Assembly: GCF_000315625.1 (NCBI RefSeq) | Contig: NW_005434529.1 | Location: 96,975-160,974, forward strand | Length of the DNA: 64,000 nt | Direction of reading: 5' to 3' | DNA from: Guillardia theta CCMP2712 | Taxonomy: Eukaryota; Protista; Cryptophyta | Shown: positions 17,101 to 28,000 of the stretch, in pieces | How the letters are laid out: each line of letters begins with the position of its first letter | How positions within the stretch are numbered: the first letter of the stretch is position 1 | Position numbers and translations under genes: made by a program | Notes under the pieces: model-generated | The model's input: the letters and a program-made list of their open reading frames with translations, nothing else | The model's database searches: none | What the model was told of the DNA's origin: nothing

Positions 17101-18822
17101 CTTCGTTCTCTTTAGGATCGTCGGGTTCAAGAACATCGTCGTGCAAAATGCCGCCAACGTTCTCTTGTGCCCCAGCACTGAATGTGACCAGCTGCCCCTC
17201 GACCCGCGAGAGGCCACGGGAGTCTCTCCCAACACAACCCAAGTGAGGGCTGAGGAGCTCAACCGCCGGAACGCCTTCTACACACAGTGATGAGCTAGCA
17301 GCCTGCCTGTTGCCCAGCTGACGAGCCTGTGCAGGTACAATGTGACCACGATCCTGTCGAGCGAGAGGACACTCTCGAGCAACACCTGGAAGGTGATCTC
17401 CAACGCGCTGCTGCCCTCCTGCCCGGAGAATACCTACGTGTATGGCGGGGGATGTCGCCAGTGCCCTGCCAACTCCACATCGCCGGCAGGGTCGGTGAGT
17501 GAGACTGCGTGTGTGTGCGACCGCAACTACTACATGAACCTCGTCGACTCCGAGTACGTCTGCATCCACTGCCCCGACAACATGCAGAGCGTCCAAGCCA
17601 GCACCGCCATCACCGACTGCAAGTGCAACCCGGGATACACGGGCCCGGATGGCGTCGCCTGCACTCCCTGCCCAGTCAACACGTACAAGGCAGTGGTGAG
17701 GACGAGAGGCGATGTCGTCGTGCTCTTCACCTCTGACCTCTTCCCAGCTCGGAGACTTTCCTTGCACCTACTGCAATGCCTCCAACGTCGGCTGCCCCAC
17801 CCGGCGTTCAAAGCCACTGCAGCAGAGAAGGAGGCGCTGGTGTGCTGAGGAGCTGCTGAGGGTCTCGAGGAGCTGACGTGTCGCTCTCCTGCAGGTGAAC
17901 TGCCATGCTGCCGCCGTCTCAGCTCCCGGATCGACGCCGGGGATGCCGGGGAAGGTGATACATCCCATCTTCGGGGAGATCCAGATGAACAACAGTGAGC
18001 CCTCGCCCTCCAGCTGATTCCCAGCTCCCTCCTCACCTTCTCGCAGCCTTCGGCACCAACTGCTCCTACGCCGCCCCGTCCCTGGAGGTCTGCACAAACT
18101 TCTCAGGTCTGAGCCGGCACCCGGAGTCGACCTTCTCCCAGTTCAACTGCACCTACGGCCCCGTGAACGTGAGCACCTGCTGCCTGCACGCTTGCTGGTC
18201 AGTGACCCTCGTGCAGAGCGAAATGGTCACGATCGGGTCCTTCAACAACCGCAAGGTCAACATGCAGTATTGTATCTTCCTGGGTCAGCCGCCTGATCAG
18301 TCCTGCAAGGTGAGGCAAACAACCCCATCCCTCTGCTCACTCCCCAGCAGGCCTTTGGAAACGTCTCCCTTCAGCGATGGCCTGTGACGACCAGCTGCGT
18401 TCCGGTGATTGATGCGAGCTTGTCTGCCCTCCCTCTCTCCAGCCCCTCCCATTACTCCCTTCCTCCCTCCCTCCCTCCCTCCCCTCCCTCCCCTCCCTCC
18501 CTCCCTCCCTCCCTCCCTCCCTCCCGCATGCTGCGTTTGCTTTGTTTAATGCAGATGATATTCTTCCCCTCCCTCCCCTTCCCTCCTTCCCTTCACTCTC
18601 TTCCTTACCTTCTTCTAGTGCTTCGCGCTGTCGGGGAGCCCCCAGTGCTGCTTCCTGGAGCACCTGGTCAGGCCCTGCTCGCCGGCATACCCGGGCGGGT
18701 CTCCCGGACACTGTGTGGAGGTAGGAGCAGAGATTCCCAAGGACCCGGTAGGTCTCGAAAGACGGGGAGAGCGAGGGTGACATGGCCGGCAGGCTCTTGT
18801 ACAACTTTGTTCAACGACATGA
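14106..18822 (+). CDS. Membrane protein: PB1-like domain + several TM helices + alpha/beta hydrolase + GCC2/ephrin-receptor-like Cys-rich repeats (end approximate)
   Basis: Introns 14478-14522, 14979-15025 and 17287-17334 all join neighbouring ORFs in frame. Hydrolase motifs ACAYDRAGFGWS and VLVGHSVG (GxSxG). Cys repeats CPANSTSPAGSVSETACVC and CKCNPGYTGPDGVACTPCPVNTYK. Confidence 0.75.
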
Positions 18823-19310
18823 CGACGGTAAAGCAAGCAAGTGAGGAAACATCTGAGAGTGAGAGGAGAAGAGGAGAACAGCAGGATGTCAAACGGCTAT
18901 GATGTCAAGAGCAAACCAACGTTGAGCAACAGTCGCTCCCAAGTTCTTCCGCCGCCATGACCTCATCGCGCCGCTCTGAAGCCATGAGCCAGGGCGTGAG
19001 AGGCCTCGCCCGTCATGATTGATCACCTGAAACAAGTGAGAGTAGGACACTGACAAGCTGATCAAAGCAGAAGCGCTTCTCTGCTAGGTTTGACTCACAT
19101 CTTGAAAATTCAGTTTGAGGTCAAACCCAAGACCAGATTAGGAAAGAAAGATTCAAGGATTGACTTGATTTTATTGAGGTGACAAGCTAGAATACATTCC
19201 ATCAGCATCGACAAGCTTTCTTTATCAGTACAAACCCTTGTCATCTTGATCTCACCAACTTTGCGCGTGCTCGGCTGTCAAGAAGCCCTCGATGGAGTCC
19301 TACTGGAGAC

Positions 19311-22300
19311 TCATGTTTCACGATGTGTCAGCTTATATGCAACTTGTTCAAAGGCCTGCACAAGCTCGACCCCGTCCACCTGCTGTCACCCCTCACTTCA
19401 GTCGTGTCTTACCACAGACGTCAAACTCACTGCTTTCAGAAAGCTGCCGCCTCCAAGTTGAGCCAAGGCCTTCAGTTTATCGACCTGCGCCCTTGTGCCG
19501 AAAGCAAGAGTATGAACTTTCATCTTCTCGCCGAATTCATCGTAGATCTCCTGAACAATGAAGAAGATGAGATGTCAACACCAAAGTTGTTGAGGTCTTA
19601 CCTTCATTTCCACCTCTCCATCATGTGATTGTCCGTCAGACATCAAGAGCAGGAATTGGTGATGCTTTTTGAGATTCTTTGCCTTCCGCAACACAGTTTG
19701 AGCACCTTGCAGTGCTTGAGCAAACGAGGTTCCTCCATCTGGCGTGACTGATTCCAGCAGCGACTGAGGCGTCCTGAGGACCCGCTGAACTTGTCTGAGA
19801 GAGGTGAGGACGAGGCTCAGGCAGTAGAGAATCATCGAGATGAGAACGATAGACAAGGAAATCACGTGCTCTAACTTGAGGTCTGAGCTCTCAAAGCTGA
19901 ACTCCAACCCCATCTATGACTTGATCGTTTCCACGATCAGGTCCTCGTATTTTCCTATTGCAGCCACTTTTTCGCAACTGATTGTCACAGAAACGACAAC
20001 AGAAATAAGATTTCTTGAATTGCTCTTCGCCATGATCTCGACGAAACCGTTAACAGCTTGTTTCAGATCTTTCCATGGCTCCCCTTGCATTGATCCGGAT
20101 CTATCAAGTACGAGGATGCAGTGATGGAGACAATCCTGGCTTTCTTCTCCTTGCATTGATCCTTGCGAAATCTCAAGAACAATTGTTTAGCGATGTCATT
20201 CATATTGCTTTGAACATGTTTCAAAACCTCCATTGTGCGTTGAAGTTTTGTGATTCCGTCATCATGCCTGCTCGACAATCTCTCGTACTTTCTTTTCAAA
20301 ACTTCATTTCTCTTGCGAGTGAGATAAGCATCCCAATCCAAGCCAGAAGCACTTTGATCAACTTGACTAGCTTTCATACTCGACTTGAGATTGTTCTCAA
20401 AAAGAATCATCTGACAAGATCCTGGATCATCCTGCCGACATGTACGACCATAGATTTGCTTCTTCTCTGAATCATCTTCTGGCAAGAAGGTAACAACAAC
20501 ATGTACGCCCCCATTCTTTACAAGGCCCTGATTTGCACACATAAAATCTGTGCCCCTACAGTGAGATCTAGTCATCAAAGCCTTCAAGATGTTCGCCTGC
20601 CTCTCTTCATCTCGTCTGAGAGGATGTAGTATCCCTTGTGCTGCGGCAGATTTGGCTTCTGGATGTTCAGCTCTGTGGCGAATTGTTTCAGCAAATCACT
20701 GTCGTGGAAGATGATAAGCATTGCTCTCTGAAGCTTGAGCATGTCTACGATTTCACTCCGAACTCGCAAGAAAAACTCGTCCCAGCTCCCGTGAACGACT
20801 TCCAAGCTTCCACGTTGAATTTGCTTCTTGTTCAAAGTGGACGGCAAGAATGTTCGATGCTCGAAGGCATACTCCTGTAGCAACTGGAATTGAGCGTGGG
20901 AAAGACAATCCAACGTTCCCGTCATTCCGAGACAGAAGGCGTAACCATTGGGAATTTGAGAATAGAGCAACTCTCCGCACACCGGCGAGATGTGAAGCTT
21001 GTCCTTGATCTGCTCAAGGCGAAACTGAAGGCTGACATCGCAACAGTACAAGTACGTCAAGGTAGTAACGTATCCTAGCGATACCAACAAGTTGGGAACC
21101 CCACTGACGGGGTCGATGTAGCCCAACTTGTTACAAGTCTTGTCCACCACATAGTCAGGGTAGCCAGCAAGCCGAAGCTCATGTCCCATCGGAAACAGCA
21201 GGACCGCCTGGAGCAACTTCTTGAAAACCACCTCCAACATGTGTCTAGTTAGATTTGGGAATACCGACAAGAGCAGCTCAGATGCCTGGAGAGAAGAGAG
21301 TTTCTTGAGTGCTGCTGCAGCATCATGCAAACGACTTCAATTTCTCCAGACATGCTCAATGATTAAGTAGCCATGTTCCAGGGGGTGAGAACAAAGCTTA
21401 AGATCTTGTTGTGGCCGTAATAAAAGTTTGTCTTCTCAAGTTTCATTACAATTAAATGTATCGTATGTATCAATCTCCCGAAGAAAACTTCGCTGAAAAA
21501 GATGTCCACTTGGTCCATAAGCAAGATGCAGGGCTTATGGCCATATTTGGTTGCTGGTGAGGTTGTTTTTCTTGCAGAGGAAGCCTAGAAAGTATTTCCT
21601 GACATCTGGAATTTCATTTGGAAGACTGCAAATGGTCAAACTCAGAGTATGAGATGTTCTCTTGAACCTCCAACTCGAGAAATGTTTCCCGGATTGCGAC
21701 TTCGTCCCTTTCTGAGAGATATCTGCTGTAGCATACCACATCAACACAGAAGCCCCGCTTAGCTAGAATGATAGCTGTAAACCCGAGAGCAATGGACTTT
21801 CCCTCCCCTGTGTTGATTTGGATCAAACGGTTCTTCATCTTGTCTTGGTCAGAGAAGCCTCAAGATGCCGGGCTGACGGAGCCTTCTCTTCTCCACTCCT
21901 TCACTTCCACTCGGGACAGACAGGAACGTCCAGTGGGCGCAGACAAGACCCAGCAATATGCCCAACTCCTCTTCTTGTTGGGCGAGGCTTGAAGCTGATC
22001 TTCTTTTTCAGTCAATAAAGTTTGATCTCTTCAGCGACTTGGCAACATCGTCGATCTCCTTGAGAATGAGATATTTGTTCTTGGTGTATTCCTCCTTATC
22101 TCGGATGACATCCCTGATCTTATTATCATAGGTCTCTTTGTATGCTTTGTAGCATGTTTGTAACTTGTTTTGATGAGCCAGCTTTGGTTTACAAACCAGT
22201 TCTTTCAGAGCATGCTGAAAATCTATTACGCCCGCGTTTTCGTTGAACATCTCGATACTAAACATCTCAAATTGATTGAAGTTGGACAGAATTATTCGAG

Positions 22301-24343
22301 CATACTCAGTAATTGCTGCTGAGGAACTAGAATCGGATTTTGCAATTCTTTCAGAGCAATTCCAACTCGAAAATTGTTTATGCTAGAAAACTTGCCAAGA
22401 ATTTCTCCAACGCTCTTGTTGTAGTCTTGAATCATCTCTAGTTCCACACTGATAGCATAACTCTTGATGAGAAGTTTTGCAATTTGCTCTTTCAGTTTCA
22501 AAGGTGATTTGATTGTCCTGCAATTGGTCTATCATGCTTCTCATTCTGTCAATGTTCTTCTGGATCTCCTGTATGGCTACAATGGCTACAAAATTGAACA
22601 GTTGTTCTCTTGAGTTGTTCGTTGGTTTCCGTCAAATTTGGGAAGGTTGATGCCAGTGAATTGAATGCAAGGCAGAAGAAGGCAAGCTCGTCGGATTGTA
22701 AGTACTTTGAGTCATCGATTGCCAGGCTGATTTCATTTATCACCCTCTTTTCTATCTCTTTCATCTCCTGTAGTACGTCGGTCTCCATTTCATGGAGTTC
22801 CAGAAAAATGTGCTCCGCAGTTGTTCTTTCAAGAATTTGAACATGCTCAACCTGTCGACCAGTGCAATAAACTGCTTAGCTTGAAGAAATGTATTGATTT
22901 CAGCAGAAGTTGCGTTGGCCATTCTTGTTGTGCTCGCCTAGTTTCATGACAATGTCAAGAATAAGTCGTTCAATCTTTTTGCAATTTCTCTGCCTGAGCT
23001 TCACCATGGCTCTCTCTCGCATCTGAGAGATCGTGTCTAACAATTCCTCTCTCCTTGTCTGCTCTCCATCGCGATTGTCAAGATGATTGCATCTCTGCAT
23101 GCTTGTTTTGATGAGCAAATTCTTTTATTTTTGAAAACAGTATTTTTGAAAACAAAACAGTTTGAATGGGCAAACTTGCAACCTGTGGTCATAAACAAAC
23201 TGTGAGACATTTCTTGTACTGCCAAACAAAAGATCAATTACCTTGGGAGCATCATCCATTTGGATTTCTCTTGTACAAAAAGGAAGGTAGTCACGATCGA
23301 TGAGTTTTTTAGGTTCACTCTTAAAGTTTTCAAACTTTTTGTCGAAATCGTTTTCAAGATGCTTTCGTATGGAAAGGGGGATAGTTTTACTGACAAGATC
23401 AGCAACCTGTCTCTTGTAGTCTATCACATCTCATTGGAGCATTGTAGAATTGAAGTCCATTTTCTGCAAGATGGTTCTCACCTGAGATGTGCGAGCCTGT
23501 GAAAACACATCACGTTCAAACAAATCAAGTTTGACAATTCTCAAGGTTTCAAAAGTGTGGACGTCTTGTGACACTTTCTCACAATTGCCTTCCAGCATAG
23601 CTGCCTCAACTTGCTGTGAAATGTGGGCTGCTCTCGCTGCTAAATGTGACAAATCATTGTCAGAGAGTGGCGTCTGAAATGTGTCTGGATTGACATCTAC
23701 AAACTTGAGTTGAGTCAATTTGAATATCAACTCTTCCCGATATATTCCTTCTGGATGCCGATTGAGAGGATCAAAGATCTGAATTAAGTTCAGCCAATCT
23801 AGATTTTCTCTCCTGGCTCCTTCCACTATCATGGTTCTGGAGAACATGAGTTCGCCACTTGGCATAGCACTGAACAACTTGATCAGAATCCTGATGGTCT
23901 CTTGCAAGAAAGCTCCCCTCCCGGGATTCAAGGGCGAGGATCGAGAGACCGCCATATTTGGACATTCGCATCAGCTCGAACATGTTAACGGCATTCACAA
24001 TCTTCACTTCTGGGCCATTCGTGTCTGCAAAACCAGGCGCGTCGATGCAGCGTAGAAGTCTCGGAGGTTCCGTAGTGATGCTAAACAGTTGGTGAGAGTG
24101 CTCTTTCCACTTCCCAACATTGCGTTTCTCCTTCATGCGACCTGGAATACCTGATCTTCTATTTGAAAGAAGACTTTGTATTCGTTTGATGCTGTGTTCA
24201 ATGCAGTCTTGATTGCTGATCGTTGTTGAGCCATTCGTTTCACAATTCTTTGACGTTTCGACCGGTACCTGCTCTTCATCTACATCCTGACGCATACAAG
24301 TCACAGCCTTTCGTTCACTTAATGTTTAGCTTACCATTTTCAT
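19311..24343 (-). pseudogene. Decayed gene: N-terminal GTPase + SecA-like SF2 helicase + C-terminal VWA
   Basis: GSGKST, SITT and DAPG GTPase motifs lie in shifted frames. SecA-like IQINTGEGKS, VDVVCYSRYLSERD, DQVD, GMTGTL, RGTDF and QIYGRTCRQ. VWA DRSGS...LLMSDG...VHTLAFG. Several frameshifts have no GT-AG intron. Confidence 0.75.
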
Positions 24344-25055
24344 GAATTCCAAACTGCCAGCTACCGAGCTACATTCATCGTCGGCCGCAGTGTGGTGATC
24401 GGAGAAACTACTTGATCTTATATCTGCATAAAACAACATGTCAAAACACAAACAAAGCGAGCAAACAAAGCAAGAAGTCCAGGACAACACACACAGCGAT
24501 CATAGAATGCGAGCGTTCAAGGCTATCGCCATATGCATTTCAGTGCGGTCGCTCGAGCGGCATCGCAAGACTTATCCAATCACTGTCAACCGCGATCATC
24601 CACCCCCCCCTCATTGCTGCAGCACTGGGGGGACAGAGGGGGTGGTTTGAATGCCTCTGAGCTGGGCAATCGCTAACACCACCCATGAATACCACCCCCC
24701 CCCCATCCTGCTTTTTGTACAGCTCTCCTTTCCCTGCGCTGGCAGATAGGCTCTACAAGCCCACCTCAGAGTAATATTTTAGATAAGAGAAAAGGCAGCA
24801 GGGCCGGCAAACTCAGGGTTATGCCCTACAGTAGTAGTAGAGTTATTACTGAGGGCAATGCCCGATCTGACCCTCGTCCCCACTCTGCCCCTGAGTCGTT
24901 TTGGCGCCCAGTTTGCAGTTTGGCGCCAAAAGACTCCCACAAACTCTGCGAGCGAACATGGTTCCTGCGATGATGGAGAGAATGGGTGGGAGGGAGGGAA
25001 AAGAGAAGAGGACATGGAGGAGGGATGATAGAAGGAGAGATTTAAAGAAAGGAGG

Positions 25056-28000
25056 ATGGAGAAGGGAAGGCGACGTAAGATTGAGTATGTCGTAAAAGTT
25101 ATTCCTTGGATCCATGCCAAGTTCATAACTGCATTTTTCGCAGATGAAAGAAGAATTGACCGAATTTCTGGTTTTGCCAAGTAAATCGAACAGGAAATTG
25201 TTCCTCCAAAAAATTTCCGAAACCGTTCAGCTGGAAGAAAGCAGAAGACCTGCATTGAACTTAGCATCTGCCAAGGCTTTGCTGCAGTTTTTCGAAGATG
25301 TGTGTTAACAAACAAGATTGCATTCTTCACTGTTTTTGAATTGATTGCAGGAGTCAAAAAAAGCAAATTTTGACAGTTTTCGTTCAGTTATGACCCTAAT
25401 TTACGAGTATGCAATTCCTGAGGTAACTGTATTCACGCAAATCGATTGCTGCTAACACCATTTCCTACATAGGAGGACTCGAACTCAGCAATGTTGTCCG
25501 TATCGACATTGAACTCAGCGCAACTCAACAAGACTGTTGGAGTTGCATACAAAAACTTGATGAAGAATAATTTGAGCAAGCCGGAACCTGAAGAGGCAGC
25601 ACTGCAAGCAATACTATCTTTGTTAAAAATGATTGCTTCGTTGACTGAGAATGACATTTGCTGTGCGTTGCTTCTGAATTCTTGGCGACTTGGCAGTGAC
25701 TTGTTTTTCTGACAGCTAGCTCATCTACCGCCATGGAGTGTATGACAATGATCCATAACGATTGGATAAAGCGAGATTGTTCGTTCGACGTGCGATATAC
25801 CGCTTTCGATGTCTTAGGAGCATTTGCCAAAAACGTAAGTGGTTATCTCATCTGGAATTGATGACACCTCCCTTCACAGCCTGAAAATGTCAAGCTTTAT
25901 TGCTCTCCACCTCGTGAAGCTGAAACGAAAATCTTCGAAATTCTTAATGGTGCAATCGACAGGTTGAATGAATTGCGCAAAGTGGATTTTGTCTCATGAT
26001 CTTTCCCATTTACAGCTCTTTGCCAGTATGCGAAGCAGCCCTCAGTTGCTTGTATTCCATTTTTGAGATATTGGACAAAGATACGCTGTCAAAGGTGAAT
26101 CCGGTTTTGGAATCGTTCACCAAGTGGGTAGCGGGGCGGGAGAAAAACTCTGTTTCGTGTTTTTCTGTGGACAATATTCGAAATACTTTCATGGGATGGG
26201 AAGATAAACAAAATGTCAAGGCAGCTGCAAAACTTTTATTTAAGGCAATGAACAAAACATATGAGGAAATACAAGCAAAGAGCATAGGTACTTTCAGTTG
26301 GATTTGATATCGAGTTTGTGATGTAGCTTTTGCGTGCAGTTGTCGGCGACATAGAGTATTTTGCTTCCGAGGTCTCAATCAAGCGATTACGAATGATCAG
26401 AATCTGATTCTGTTGACAGGAAAAATTGTATATCACGTCCGAAAACCTCTCAGTCTGGCTGAGTCCTGACAGAGATGATGATGGAGTAAGATTGCCTGAT
26501 TTGTGTGATATAGGCTGAATAAGCTCCAGACAAATTCATCAATAATGCATGTATCCCTTGATCAAATTTCTGCCGCAAACAGAATGGGAAACAAGAATTC
26601 TTTCTCTATCAAATTGCATTTGTTGAAAGACCTCCAAAACTGCTTTGGGCAGAATAAAGTGAAGAAGAATGAGGTGAATTTTGAAGATACATGCTTTGCA
26701 CTGACGTGCTATTCAGATAATCATTCATATGCGAGATGATGATAGTATCGAATCCTTTTTATGCCTCATGCCATTTGCAGAAGCTTGTAACATAACACGC
26801 TCCCAAGAATCAAAATCGACGCGTTGTGGCATACGCTAAATATTTGCAAAGTGCACATTTGATTCCATCCTTGCAGACATTGCTATCATGGACAATCATG
26901 GCAATATCGTTCTTCCACCTCCATCAGCTCTGAGTGAGAACATCAAAACATCTGAGGCCCATACTGGGCCAACAGGTTTGCAGAGATGCTTGAGCAACAG
27001 AAATAGAACTTACCTATGGTTTGAAACGTACAGATTCATCGGCCCTGCAGCATGAACTCGATCACAACTATGAACATGGTATGACGGTAATCTTTTTGTC
27101 TATCATCAAGTGAGAGAGCATGTCAGGGGGAGAAGCTCTCTGCACACCCACAGAATTGATCGAGCAGCATAACTCTTCTCGAAATGTAATTTCCTCTGAG
27201 AGAAGCCAATCCAGCCAAAGCCATGCCAAATCGTCTCAGTCCACTTCATCTGAAGAGAAGGAATGTCATATCAGATCAAAAACTCCAAAGAGGTCCAATG
27301 AACAAGGTGAGTTCTTTGCTTTGCCACATTGCAAAATTGATGTTGTTGTGCCAAGATCGGAAGGTGTCCAAAGGTATTTGAAGTACCTCAGGATGACAGC
27401 TAATGAAGAAACCAGGTGGAAAGCGAACAGGAAACAAATCTGTAGGGAAAAAGACATCCTCAGATATGAAAGGTAAAGTTTAAGCATAATTTCAGGTGTT
27501 GCAAGGCTTTTAATCTTCAGACACAGCTGCAATAATTCAAACGTTTCCACGTCTTCCTCCCGTTGCAAATGATTCTTCAAACAAACAAATGCAAAAAGAT
27601 CGATATAATTGCACAGGCTCTTCAACAACAAACCCTGTGGAGGACTCTCCTTTTGACAACAGTGACGGTCACAATCAAACGACCCAACTGAGCCCAAGAT
27701 CATATTCTAGGCCGGTGAAAAGCACCAAAGGAGCTTCGACCAAAGGTTTGCCCTCTGTCGATGCTGGCTGCCCAAGCATAGGCCTGGGTTGACGCCCTGA
27801 ATAGATAAGGTCTCCAAGAAAGATAACGAGAAGGCTCCGCAAGCAGACAAGCCGCTCGCAAGAGACGAGGAGACATCGAAGGCAGATCCTGCCCCCAGGA
27901 CCAGCGCCAAAGGAGCTTCGACCAAAGGTTTGCCCTCTGTCGATGCTGGCTGCGACAAGCCGCTCGCAAGAGACGAGGAGACATCGAAGGCAGATCCTGC

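Noticed and set aside
20400-21850. Canonical SecA protein translocase
   Set aside because: Only the SF2 motifs match. It is flanked by GTPase and VWA modules, has no targeting peptide, and is frameshifted.
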